This document shows, in pieces, positions 27,615 through 36,402 of a stretch of DNA of 64,000 nt (positions within the stretch are counted from its first letter, which is position 1; each line of letters starts with the position of its first letter). The notes below the pieces were generated by a model. It worked only from the letters and a program-made list of their open reading frames with translations, was not told the DNA's origin and searched no databases. Both the position numbers and the translations under genes were made by a program. The stretch is from positions 3,233-67,232 of the forward strand of contig JAHBTG010000004.1 of the NCBI GenBank assembly GCA_019638695.1, read 5' to 3'. Source of the stretch: Bacteroidota bacterium (GTDB lineage Bacteria > Bacteroidota > Bacteroidia > J057 > JAJTIE01).

Positions 27615-29698
27615 TGCAGGTCCAGGATTATGAGTTGATTTTTACGAAGCGGGCTACCCGGGGCTACGCTTTGCTGAGCCACGCGGCCATAGCCACGCAG
27701 CACCACACGCAGTCCCATATTTTCGAGCAAGGGCAGGGCATCTTTGGAGGTCATTCCCCGGGTATCGGGCACTCTGCGGGCCGGGGTATTGTGGGCTTTA
27801 AGCGCCACTTCGGTATCTGAACTGCGAACGGTTCGCACATATTCGGTATGCGCTTTCTGGGCGGCAAGCGGCAAATTCAACATACTGTACACTGCCCGGA
27901 TGTCCCGGTTATGGGCTGCACGCACCATAGGGTACTGGGATTTGGCAGAACGGCGTTCTGCCGGCAGGCTGCGCAGGCGGGTAGCCTGCAGATGATCGGC
28001 AATCTCCCGTACGACAGGAGCAGCCACAGCCCCGCCATAAAACTCATCGACACTGGGTTCATCAATAATGACAATGCAGCTATACCGCGGAGCATCTGCA
28101 GGGAAATAGCCGACAAAAGCCGACATGTAACTGGCCGTATACCGGCCGCCCTTGAGCTTCTGGGTGGTACTGGTCTTGCCGGCAATGGGCACGTGGCCGG
28201 TATTGATGCGCCGTGCCGTGCCATGAGAGACCACGCCTTCGAGCAGGCTGCGCACCTGGGCCAGTGTTTTTTCGCTGCAGATCCGGGATTTTAGCACCCT
28301 GGCTTCAAAGGCTTCCACGGTCTTGCCATGATCCTGCACTTCGCTCACAATAAGTGGCTGGATGTACTTGCCGTCGTTGGCAATGGCATTGTAAAAGGCA
28401 AGCATCTGAAGCGGTGTGAGCATGACATTGTAGCCTATGCTCAGCCAGGGTAGTGTGGTGGCATTGAAGTGGCGGGTACCGGGACGCACGACATAAGGAC
28501 TGGGCTCTCCCTTGAGCTGAAAACCCAGCGGCTCCAGGATCCCCAGGGCGTCCAGTTCTTCGTAGAACTTGCGGGGATTGGCCCGGTAGTGTTCATTAAC
28601 CACACGGGATATGCCAATGTTACTGCTTTTCTCAAAGGCGGTGCGGAAGGAGATGCGACCTGTGGTGTAATCGTCCCGCATGGTGCGGTCATCGTATTCC
28701 ACCTTGCCTTGTCCCACATTGATGGTGTCATCAGGCTGGATATAACCGGCTTCCAGCACGTTGATCACGCTCGCTGTCTTGAAGGTACTGCCCGGCTCCA
28801 GTAAGGTGGCCACCGCATGGTTATAGGTCTCGGGATAATTGGCTATGGCCTTGATGTGGCCGGTCTGTACTTCCATGAGGATAGCTACTCCCCAGTTGGC
28901 CTTGTGCCGCAGAACGGCCTTCTTCAGGGCGGCATCCGCCACATCCTGCATATTGACATTGAGCGTGGTGCGGATATCCAGTCCTTCGCGGGATTCCCGT
29001 TCATAGATATAGTTGAGGGGCACTTCCGTACCGCCGGATACGCGCTGCACCAGCATCTGGCCGTCTTGTCCGCGCAGCCACTGCTGGAAGCTGAACTCTA
29101 TCCCGCGGCTGGGTATGCTATCCTGGCGCACACTACCAAGGGTAACCCGCGCCAGGCTACCCAGGGGATAGAAGCGGCTGTTATTCTCTTTCTCAATGAT
29201 AAGCCCTCCCCTAAAGCGCCCCTGGTTAAAGATGGGAAGCTGGCGGGCCAGTTTCATTTCATTATGAGAGAACAGCCGGTTGTAGGGGAACAAGTAGATA
29301 TGACGGTCTTTCTCCTGCCGGGCAGCCAGGATACGGTCACGGAAATACGTTGCGGTAAGGTTTTCATTGCCAAAATGGGCAGCCAGTCCATCACAAAGGG
29401 CATCGAGGCTATCGGCAAAATTGGGGAAGTGATGAGTTTCCAGAGCAGTGGCATCCAGGGCCAGGCGGTAAAAAGGCAAGGTACTGGCCAGCACGGTGCC
29501 GTCATCTGACAGGATGCTGCCACGCTCTGCCAGCATGGATTTGCGATAGACGCGTTCTTTTTGCTGGATCTGGGCATAGGTTTCTCCCTGCCCCCACTGC
29601 AGGCGCATGATCTTGATACTGACCAGCAGGGCAAACACAATGAAGCACCCAAAAAGCAGGTACACGCGCTTCAGTATCTTGTCCGAAACTTTGCTCAT
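27611..29698 (-). CDS. ftsI: penicillin-binding protein (FtsI/PBP3-type transpeptidase) with C-terminal PASTA-like domain
   Basis: N-terminal TM anchor (VYLLFGCFIVFALLVSI); SxxK motif (GSTFKT); SxN motif (SSN); C-terminal VPDTRGMTSKDALPLLENMGLRVVLRGYGRVAQQSVAPG resembles PASTA; position in the dcw cluster. Confidence 0.9.
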   Translation of the reverse strand: MSKVSDKILKRVYLLFGCFIVFALLVSIKIMRLQWGQGETYAQIQQKERVYRKSMLAERGSILSDDGTVLASTLPFYRLALDATALETHHFPNFADSLDALCDGLAAHFGNENLTATYFRDRILAARQEKDRHIYLFPYNRLFSHNEMKLARQLPIFNQGRFRGGLIIEKENNSRFYPLGSLARVTLGSVRQDSIPSRGIEFSFQQWLRGQDGQMLVQRVSGGTEVPLNYIYERESREGLDIRTTLNVNMQDVADAALKKAVLRHKANWGVAILMEVQTGHIKAIANYPETYNHAVATLLEPGSTFKTASVINVLEAGYIQPDDTINVGQGKVEYDDRTMRDDYTTGRISFRTAFEKSSNIGISRVVNEHYRANPRKFYEELDALGILEPLGFQLKGEPSPYVVRPGTRHFNATTLPWLSIGYNVMLTPLQMLAFYNAIANDGKYIQPLIVSEVQDHGKTVEAFEARVLKSRICSEKTLAQVRSLLEGVVSHGTARRINTGHVPIAGKTSTTQKLKGGRYTASYMSAFVGYFPADAPRYSCIVIIDEPSVDEFYGGAVAAPVVREIADHLQATRLRSLPAERRSAKSQYPMVRAAHNRDIRAVYSMLNLPLAAQKAHTEYVRTVRSSDTEVALKAHNTPARRVPDTRGMTSKDALPLLENMGLRVVLRGYGRVAQQSVAPGSPLRKNQLIILDLQ

Positions 29699-30078
29699 GG
29701 CTTTACCTCCAGTTTAATGGGTGGCACGGCAGGCACATGAAGGCCCAGCGAATCTGCCATTTCCAGGATGGCGGACTGGCGGCGGTTTTTGGCCAGGTTA
29801 GCATTCAGGGTATTGTATTCGCTCTCCAGCTCCCGCACCTGTTGAGAAAGCGCATCTGCCTGGCGGGCATGCCGTTCTGCCCGGTGGGTATTCCAGATAT
29901 AGATGATCCCCATCAACGTGAGAAAAGCAGCAAAGACCAGGTTTCGCTCCAGTACTGTAAGCCAGCTGACGCCTTTGTCACTAAAGCGATACAAACCATT
30001 GAGCACACGGATGCGCTTGCGGCGGCGTTCCACCTGCTTCGCCTCGGCTTTCTTCTGTATGAAACGGTTCTGCTTCAT
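29695..30078 (-). CDS. ftsL: FtsL-like cell division protein
   Basis: 127-aa bitopic protein (TM NLVFAAFLTLMGIIYIW followed by a coiled coil) located between rsmH and ftsI, with 4-nt overlaps on both sides. Confidence 0.7.
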   Translation of the reverse strand: MKQNRFIQKKAEAKQVERRRKRIRVLNGLYRFSDKGVSWLTVLERNLVFAAFLTLMGIIYIWNTHRAERHARQADALSQQVRELESEYNTLNANLAKNRRQSAILEMADSLGLHVPAVPPIKLEVKP

Positions 30079-30974
30079 ATCTTCTGGGCTATGCGCAGAC
30101 GGGCGCTGCGGGCACGCGGATTATGAGCGATCTCCTGCTCATCCGCCTGAACAGCTTTGCGGGTAATGAGCTTCCAGGGAGTAAGCGGGTTGCCGTAGAA
30201 GTCTTTATGCAGGGTTCCTTCAAAGTTCCCTGTTTGCATAAAGTGCTTGACCATGCGGTCTTCGAGGCTATGATAGCTAATAATGACTAGCCTGCCACCG
30301 GGTTTGAGCACAGCCAGGCTTTGTGTGAGGAGGTCTTCCAGGGCTCCCATTTCGTCATTCACAGCTATGCGCAGCGCCTGAAAAATACGGCTGAGCACCG
30401 GGTACTCATTTACCCTGGGCAAGAAGGCATGCAATGCATCTATCAGCTGTGTGGTCGTCTGCAAGGGCCTGGCCCCCACAATAGCAGCGGCCATGCGGCG
30501 GCTATTGTGAAACTCCCCGTATTGCCAGAGGATACGGGCAATCTCTTCTGCGCTGCGCTCATTTAAGAACTCGGCCGCCGTGATGCCCGTAGTGGTATCC
30601 ATGCGCATATCCAGGGGTGCTTCGGCACGGTAGCTGAATCCGCGGCGGGGTTCATCCAGCTGGTAAGAAGAAACCCCCAGGTCTGCCAGCACGGCATCTA
30701 CTTGTGTAATGTCGCTGGCCGCCAGTTGCTGCTGCAGATGACGGAAATTGGCCGGAATGAGCGAGAAACGGGCATCCGCCAGGGCATTACAGCGGGCATC
30801 CGGGTCCTGGTCAAAGGCGTAGAGACGGCCCTGTGCGCCCAACTGTTCCAGTATATGCCGGCTATGCCCGCCTCCGCCAAAAGTGGCATCCACACACCGC
30901 CCGTCTTCCGGGAGTGCCAGGCCCGCGACAGCGGCATGAAGCAACACAGGTATGTGGTACATAAGGCTAAGCAT
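30075..30974 (-). CDS. rsmH: 16S rRNA (cytosine1402-N4)-methyltransferase
   Basis: YHIPVLL, DATFGGGGHS and DLGVSSYQLD motifs. The start is the ATG at 30974 or the Met four codons later. Confidence 0.93.
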   Translation of the reverse strand: MLSLMYHIPVLLHAAVAGLALPEDGRCVDATFGGGGHSRHILEQLGAQGRLYAFDQDPDARCNALADARFSLIPANFRHLQQQLAASDITQVDAVLADLGVSSYQLDEPRRGFSYRAEAPLDMRMDTTTGITAAEFLNERSAEEIARILWQYGEFHNSRRMAAAIVGARPLQTTTQLIDALHAFLPRVNEYPVLSRIFQALRIAVNDEMGALEDLLTQSLAVLKPGGRLVIISYHSLEDRMVKHFMQTGNFEGTLHKDFYGNPLTPWKLITRKAVQADEQEIAHNPRARSARLRIAQKI

Positions 30975-31422
30975 TGTCTTTGTCTGCCATTACGCGTTCG
31001 GATATCTCTGCCAGCTGGGGAAGGTCCTGGGCCAGCTGCACCTCAAAGGCTTCCTTACTCCAGACTTCTATTTTGTTACCGGAACCTATCAGCACCAGGT
31101 CCTTATCTATACCGGCGTGCTCCGCCAGCTTTTTGGGCACCAGCAGCCGGTTGCTGGCATCCAGTTCCAGTGGTGTGGCACCGCTCTGGAACATACGGGC
31201 AAAAGCGCGGTTCTCTGCCACGAACTGGTTCTTGCCATAAATCTTGGTGAGCTCCTCCTGCCACACCTGCTGGGTATAGAGCACCAGGCATTTATCCAGC
31301 CCACGGTTCATAACAAAGCTTTGGCGGTGGTCCTCCGGGAGCTGGCGCAGCAGTGCAGCCGGCATCAGGAACCGGCCTTTGGCATCTGCCTTGCATTCGA
31401 ACTCTCCGAAGATGAAGGACAT
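30967..31422 (-). CDS. mraZ: division/cell wall cluster transcriptional regulator MraZ
   Basis: Two SpoVT/AbrB-like halves with DxxxR motifs (DAKGRFLMPAAL and DASNRLLVPKKL). The start is placed at the ATG at 31422 (MSFIFGEFECK...). The track extension to 31464 is not needed. Confidence 0.9.
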   Translation of the reverse strand: MSFIFGEFECKADAKGRFLMPAALLRQLPEDHRQSFVMNRGLDKCLVLYTQQVWQEELTKIYGKNQFVAENRAFARMFQSGATPLELDASNRLLVPKKLAEHAGIDKDLVLIGSGNKIEVWSKEAFEVQLAQDLPQLAEISERVMADKDNA

Positions 31423-31442
31423 GGGTAGGGTTGTATACCAAG

Positions 31443-31450
31443 CAAAATTA
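31443..31450 (-). promoter_or_regulatory. candidate -7 box (TAATTTTG on the minus strand) for the dcw operon
   Basis: Plus-strand CAAAATTA is TAATTTTG on the minus strand, 21 nt upstream of the mraZ ATG. There is no clear -33 TTTG. Confidence 0.35.
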
Positions 31451-31474
31451 CCACTTTCTCCCACCCACCCCCAC
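31451..31474 (-). promoter_or_regulatory. candidate MraZ operator (TGGG(N) direct repeats with 10-nt phasing)
   Basis: The minus strand reads AAAGTGGGGGTGGGTGGGAGAAAGTGGTAATTTTG. TGGGG, TGGGA and TGGT start 10 nt apart, with an extra TGGGT between them. They directly abut the -7 box. In E. coli MraZ binds TGGGN direct repeats with 10-bp periodicity in Pmra. Confidence 0.45.
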
Positions 31475-31660
31475 TTTTTACCCCAAAATCCTTATGTTAA
31501 GTTATTCACAGGCAAATAAAAAGCTCTTTTTCAGTCATTTACATGCGCCAGAGTGCATGAATCAGGGGGTTCTTCTGTCAAGATTTATTGCCATAAAAGA
31601 ATACTTAAACACCTGTAAAAGGGATTATCCATCTGCTCCTTACCGGCATAGGGGCAGTTA

Positions 31661-31708
31661 GTGGGAATGAGTGGGAAACGCCCAGGACCGAATGGGTAGA
31701 GGTGGGAA
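31661..31708 (+). promoter_or_regulatory. second cluster of phased GTGGGAA boxes
   Basis: GTGGGAA at 31661 and 31671, ATGGGTA at 31692 and GTGGGAA at 31702. The TGGG cores are spaced 10, 21 and 10 nt apart, so all lie on one helix face. Their orientation is opposite to mraZ and the same as the DUF4476 gene. Confidence 0.35.
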
Positions 31709-31785
31709 CCCAGGGTTGTTGTCTGCTTTAGTATACAGTCCGGCGGATTGCAACTATTGATTTCCGAGCCAAAAGGGGCTTTTTG

Positions 31786-31793
31786 TACCTTTG
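31786..31793 (+). promoter_or_regulatory. candidate -7 box (TACCTTTG) for the DUF4476 gene
   Basis: TAnnTTTG match 45 nt upstream of the ATG at 31838. Confidence 0.35.
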
Positions 31794-31837
31794 GCATAGC
31801 TATTGAATAGCTTGCCTGAATTCTATTTACTTAATCT

Positions 31838-33103
31838 ATGAAAACGCTACAAAAACTACCACTACTCCTGATGGCACTGCTGCTGAGCAGTCCCCTGCTA
31901 GGCCAGGGGGTGGGCCACCTGTATATCTTTAACAAAGCCAATATGGCCTTTGTGGCCTGCCTGAACGGACAACTGATCAATCCCACGCAATATGCCGATC
32001 TGCTGGTAGAGAATCTGCCCGCAGGCACCCATGATCTGCACCTGAGCATATTCCATACAGGGGGCGGCAGCACGATTAGTCAGCAGATTACTATCAACCG
32101 GGCGCAAGAAAGCAGCTATGAGATCCGTATGGGCCGCGGCGGACGCCCGCAGGTGGTGCTGGTGAGTACCGTGCCCCTGCAACCGGCACCCCACACGACC
32201 AATACCCCCACCTGGGCCACACAACCTGACCAGAACGGCTATGTGCGCTTTAACTGGCGCGGGTTTGGGGTGAATGTGGACGTAAACGGAAATGGCGCCC
32301 CGCAGCACCCTCACCGCCCGGGCAACCCGGGTAACCCGGGCAACCCGGGCAATACGGATCCGGCCCCGCCGCTTGAAGATCCCAACTATAGCGGGCCAAT
32401 GGCGCGCTGCCAGAATCCGTTACCCCTCAGCGCTTTCACTGCCGCCCTCAGCCGCATTCAGAGCCGCCCTACGGAAAGCGCCAAGTATAGCATAGCCAAG
32501 GACGAGATTGAACGTGCCGGCTGCATCACCAGCGCCCAGGCGCTGGAGTTTATGAAAGCCCTCAGTATCAGCAGTTCCCGCCTCAACCTGGGCAAAATTG
32601 CCTGGCACCACGTGACGGACCCCGAAAACTTCCATGTCACCTATGACGCCTTTAGCACCGGCAGCCTGATAGACCAGCTGAAAACTTACACCCAGCAACA
32701 CCCCTACCCTGTCTCCGGGGTAATCCCCGTGGACCCTGTGAACCCGGTGGTGACACCCCCGGACCACTATGTAATGCCCGGGTATATGGGACAGATAGGA
32801 TGTCCCTGGCCTATGCTTCCTGATGCCTTTCAGCGGGCCAAACAAACCATCTCCCGCCAGAGTTTTGAGAGCACCAAGGTGAGCGTGATGAAGCAAGTGG
32901 CGGCACAGAACTGCTTTACCGTGGAGCAGGTGAAGGAACTACTTCGTATGTTCAGCTTCGACAACACCAAGCTGGATATGGCCAAGTATCTTTTTGACTA
33001 TACCTATGACCTGGGCAATTACTTTATGGTCAGCGAGGTATTCACTTTCTCCAGCAGTACGGAAGACCTGAATCGTTTCCTGGAAAGCCGGAGAAGTCGC
33101 TAA
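31838..33103 (+). CDS. secreted protein with two DUF4476-like domains and a PGN-repeat linker
   Basis: Signal peptide MKTLQKLPLLLMALLLSSPLLG. There are two copies of the DUF4476-like pattern (...FTVEQVKELLRMFSFDNTKLDMAKYLFDYTYDLGNYFMVSEVFTFSSSTEDLNRFL, plus a more divergent copy upstream). The linker reads HRPGNPGNPGNPGN. Confidence 0.8.
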   Translation: MKTLQKLPLLLMALLLSSPLLGQGVGHLYIFNKANMAFVACLNGQLINPTQYADLLVENLPAGTHDLHLSIFHTGGGSTISQQITINRAQESSYEIRMGRGGRPQVVLVSTVPLQPAPHTTNTPTWATQPDQNGYVRFNWRGFGVNVDVNGNGAPQHPHRPGNPGNPGNPGNTDPAPPLEDPNYSGPMARCQNPLPLSAFTAALSRIQSRPTESAKYSIAKDEIERAGCITSAQALEFMKALSISSSRLNLGKIAWHHVTDPENFHVTYDAFSTGSLIDQLKTYTQQHPYPVSGVIPVDPVNPVVTPPDHYVMPGYMGQIGCPWPMLPDAFQRAKQTISRQSFESTKVSVMKQVAAQNCFTVEQVKELLRMFSFDNTKLDMAKYLFDYTYDLGNYFMVSEVFTFSSSTEDLNRFLESRRSR

Positions 33104-33124
33104 CTATCCTTACGATTTTCACAA

Positions 33125-33155
33125 AAAGCCTGTATTCTACCCGGATGCAGGCTTT
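33125..33155. terminator. candidate bidirectional terminator hairpin between convergent genes
   Basis: AAAGCCTGTATTC / TACCC loop / GGATGCAGGCTTT forms about 13 bp including two G-U pairs, flanked by an A-run upstream and T-rich sequence downstream. It lies between the DUF4476 stop (33103) and the SUKH stop (33223). Confidence 0.45.
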
Positions 33156-33222
33156 CTTGTTGGGAATAAAGTAAGATCATCTTAGCCCCAAAAAGGGAAG
33201 GCGGAACTACTTGTACCAGGGA

Positions 33223-33753
33223 TCAAGTGTATTTGCTCACCTTATACAAGCGATCCTTAAAATCCAGGAAGGTGGGTGCTACAAAGAACACACGGCTGGT
33301 TTGCATATAAACCGACAGGCTGCGGGCATCCACTGAGTTCTGGATATCCCAGAAATGGACGCTGCCATCGGCCATATCCAGGCACATGATGTTACGGAAC
33401 TGGTCAAAGGCTATGGGCATCAGTTCCGGACGGGGTAGCAGGCCCTTGTAGTTGCTGTAATTTTTGAGGATATCTTCGCTTCCGGCAGGGTTGATACCCA
33501 GGAATTTCTTAATCACAAAGGTATACAACACCCTGTCCTGGGTATCGGCATTTGAGTACACATCGCAAGTGCGGTCCAGGTAATGCACCTGGTTATAATT
33601 TTGCAGAAACTCCTTGTAAGAAGGGGGAATTTCTTTGGCAAAAAGAGCCTCTATCTGCTCAATTCCTTTGCGGACGCGTTTATCACGCTCTTCCCGGTTC
33701 CCCCTCCTACGTCTCTTTGCAGACTTCTTTTTGCCAAACAGCCAACCGAGCAT
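33223..33753 (-). CDS. SMI1/KNR4 (SUKH-1) family protein with basic N-terminal extension
   Basis: IEQIEALFAKEIPPSYKEFLQNYN ... LMPIAFDQFRNIMCLDMADGSVHFWD fits the SUKH-1 pattern (lPxdYkeFLxxyNG ... PiaxDxxGNxxcLDxxxGxVyxwdhe). The N-terminus is MLGWLFGKKKSAKRRRRGNREERDKRVRK. The start is placed at the ATG at 33753; the track start at 33822 would overlap the upstream gene by 44 nt. Confidence 0.65.
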   Translation of the reverse strand: MLGWLFGKKKSAKRRRRGNREERDKRVRKGIEQIEALFAKEIPPSYKEFLQNYNQVHYLDRTCDVYSNADTQDRVLYTFVIKKFLGINPAGSEDILKNYSNYKGLLPRPELMPIAFDQFRNIMCLDMADGSVHFWDIQNSVDARSLSVYMQTSRVFFVAPTFLDFKDRLYKVSKYT

Positions 33754-33778
33754 GGTACCTGATCCTGGAAATTGAATT

Positions 33779-35341
33779 CTAGAAACGAATACCAATGACC
33801 AGGATATCGTCAATCTGCTCATATTGCGTGCCCATCCACTCTTCTATGGTAGTGTTCAGGATCTCACGCTGCTCCTCCATAGGCTTGGTATAAATAGAGG
33901 CCAGGAGCTCTTTGAAGCGCTTGGTCATAAACTTGCGCCCGCGGTCTCCGCCAAACTGGTCCTGGAAGCCATCGGTATAGATATAAACCACATCTCCGGG
34001 CTGGGAGTCGTGGGTTTGCAGGGTAAAAATGCGCTCAGTTTCTGTTTGCAGGCCCCCGATAGACTTTTTGTCCGGGGTAAACTCCGTATACTCTCCATTG
34101 CGCACCACAATCATAGGATTGTTGGCGCCGGCAAAATACACCTTGTTATTATCCTGCGTATCGATTACCACAAAAGTGATATCCATACCATCACGGCTTT
34201 GGCTGCCGGCCTGGTCCTGCTTCAATGCCTTACGCACCCCCAGGTGCAGGTTATTCAGGATCTGGTCCGGCATGGTATGGTCATTCTGCAATACTATCTG
34301 GTTGAGAATGGTATTGCCAATCATGGTCATGAAAGCACCGGGCACACCGTGGCCGGTACAATCTGCAGCAGAGATCAGTTTGTATCGGTCTTTATCTGCA
34401 AACCAGTAGAAGTCGCCGGAAACGATATCCTTGGGGCGCCAGAGGACAAACGCCTGGGGCAGGCTTTGCATGACATCTTCCATCTGCGGCACAATGGCGC
34501 GCTGAATGCGGAAGGCATAGTTGATGGAATCCGTGATCTCGTGGTTCTTTTCCTCGATCACCTTATAGGCTTCTTCCAGCTTGGCTTTGCCTTCTTCGAT
34601 AATGCGCTTCTCGCGCTCTACCGCATCTTTTTCTTTCTCGGTCTTCTCGCGCTCCAGGTTGATCTTCAGCGCCGCCAGTTCCTTTTGCTTGCGCTGTTCT
34701 TCTTCCTTCTTACGGTCGGTAATATCGCGGCTGTTGAGGACTATCCCGTTAATGAGCGAGTTGCTCAGCAGGTTGGTACCGGAACTCTCAAACCAGAGCC
34801 AGGTGCCGTCTCTGTGCTGAATACGGTAGCTGAAGAAGAAGGTATTTGACTTTTGCTCCAGGGCATACTTCAAAATACTATGATCTTCTGCATGAATCAG
34901 CTCAAAGATGCTTTGGTTATTCAGCTCATCCGGCAAATAGCCCAGGATGCGTTCTGAAGAAGGACTTTGGTATTGGATATGGCCTTGCAGGTCTATAATG
35001 GTAATGACGTCCAGGGAGTTCTGGATCAGGGCCTTGTATTTGGTATCCTCTTCCGTTTCTGCCTTGACAACCGCCTTTTTCACATCAAAATTGAGCCCGC
35101 GGGTAATTCCCTTGAGGCGCATAGTGACATAAACGACCATGACAAAGGCCAGGAATGAAAGGCCATAGCCTAATATTTTCTCCCAGAAACCGCCTTCTTC
35201 CTGGGTAATAAACTGGGTACCCAGGCTCACCACCAGCACGAGGTAGGTGATAAGGATCAGGGTAATGGCAATAATCAGGTTATTGATGTTTTGAATATTC
35301 TTTCTCAACATCCTGATTCTACGGGCTCTTCTCGCACTCAT
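33779..35341 (-). CDS. membrane-anchored PAS domain / SpoIIE-type PP2C protein phosphatase
   Basis: Two N-terminal TM segments; PAS-like region (ALIQNSLDVITIIDLQGHIQYQSPSSERILGY...); charged coiled coil; C-terminal PP2C/SpoIIE motifs (VSGDFYWF, DCTGHGVPGAFM, RDGMD, YIYTDGFQDQFG). Confidence 0.85.
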   Translation of the reverse strand: MSARRARRIRMLRKNIQNINNLIIAITLILITYLVLVVSLGTQFITQEEGGFWEKILGYGLSFLAFVMVVYVTMRLKGITRGLNFDVKKAVVKAETEEDTKYKALIQNSLDVITIIDLQGHIQYQSPSSERILGYLPDELNNQSIFELIHAEDHSILKYALEQKSNTFFFSYRIQHRDGTWLWFESSGTNLLSNSLINGIVLNSRDITDRKKEEEQRKQKELAALKINLEREKTEKEKDAVEREKRIIEEGKAKLEEAYKVIEEKNHEITDSINYAFRIQRAIVPQMEDVMQSLPQAFVLWRPKDIVSGDFYWFADKDRYKLISAADCTGHGVPGAFMTMIGNTILNQIVLQNDHTMPDQILNNLHLGVRKALKQDQAGSQSRDGMDITFVVIDTQDNNKVYFAGANNPMIVVRNGEYTEFTPDKKSIGGLQTETERIFTLQTHDSQPGDVVYIYTDGFQDQFGGDRGRKFMTKRFKELLASIYTKPMEEQREILNTTIEEWMGTQYEQIDDILVIGIRF

Positions 35342-35370
35342 GGGGGTAGGGTATCGTCAGGTACAAGTAT

Positions 35371-36396
35371 TTAGAAGCTAGGGAAAGGGTGTTCGGGGTT
35401 CCGATATTTCTGCCCGCCAAACAGGTAACTGCACATTACCTGCATACCGCCGTATGCGGTAGGCGCCAGGGTTTCATTCGTCACCAGAAAATCATACCCA
35501 AATCCCAGGGTTAGCGTTCGTTGAAGCTGGAATCCGCCAAAAACTGTAGCGGCTTCCATATTGCGCAGGGTGCCTCCCAGCATAAAAGCGGCCTTTTCCC
35601 GGCCAAACCACACATTGTTCTCATACAATACGTAGCGTGCAAACAGGCTGGCATTCCACAGGCTGCTGTTGTTCTGTATCATGTAGCCCAGGTTGATGTT
35701 AAAGTCAAAAGGCGTGCGGGTACGCAGGCGGCCACCGCCTATCAGGCTGGTGCGCATGCCCATCTTCTCCTGTCCCTGGTCAAAGAATCCTATGCTGGGC
35801 CTGTTGATATGGTGCATGGCAAAACCCAGGTAGTGGTTAAACTCGGGGTTGCCCTTAATCTTTTGTGTGCGATACCACATGAGCCCCATGCTAATATCGG
35901 GCGACAACACCGAAATGTTATCGAATTTATCCTGTGTAGGCATATTAAAGCCCAATCCGTCAAACTGGTCCTCAAACTTAAAGTCCGTATCTATCAGCTG
36001 ACGCTGCACCATCCCAAACTGGAAACCGGCACGCAGATGATGGTAACGCACTTTAGTACCCAATGGAGCCTCATAGGCAAAAGCAAGCTGTGCCTCCGAA
36101 GTGCGGATGCCTCCGGCAACATCCGAGCTGACCAGCAATCCCAATCCGCCTTCGGCAAATGAGGTGTTTACAGGCAGGTTGGCAGAGAGGATGCTTGTAT
36201 TGAAATTGGTACTAGGAGTAGTTACCCTGGAGCGATGACTGAGTGTAGCATTAAAATCGCCCATAGCTACCCCGGCAAAGGAAGGGGTGAGCAGGAGGGG
36301 ATGGCTGTAAATAATGGAATAACTGGGATCCTGGGCATGCACGACACCTATCCATGCGAAGAGCAAACCAAAGAATATGCGTATGGAAAACCTCAT
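35371..36396 (-). CDS. T9SS membrane protein PorP/SprF family
   Basis: Signal peptide followed by QDPSYSIIYSHPLLLTPSFAG (family hallmark QDxxFSQYxxNPLxxNPAxAG). The rest is a beta-barrel-like alternating pattern. The gene starts 6 nt after the stop of a type B CTD cargo gene, the canonical arrangement. Confidence 0.88.
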   Translation of the reverse strand: MRFSIRIFFGLLFAWIGVVHAQDPSYSIIYSHPLLLTPSFAGVAMGDFNATLSHRSRVTTPSTNFNTSILSANLPVNTSFAEGGLGLLVSSDVAGGIRTSEAQLAFAYEAPLGTKVRYHHLRAGFQFGMVQRQLIDTDFKFEDQFDGLGFNMPTQDKFDNISVLSPDISMGLMWYRTQKIKGNPEFNHYLGFAMHHINRPSIGFFDQGQEKMGMRTSLIGGGRLRTRTPFDFNINLGYMIQNNSSLWNASLFARYVLYENNVWFGREKAAFMLGGTLRNMEAATVFGGFQLQRTLTLGFGYDFLVTNETLAPTAYGGMQVMCSYLFGGQKYRNPEHPFPSF

Positions 36397-36402
36397 ACTG
36401 GG

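Noticed and set aside
32319-32352. 9-nt tandem repeat GGCAACCCG/GGTAACCCG encoding PGNPGNPGNPGN.
   Set aside because: This is a short low-complexity linker between domains of the DUF4476 protein. It may vary in length but there is no evidence of regulatory function.
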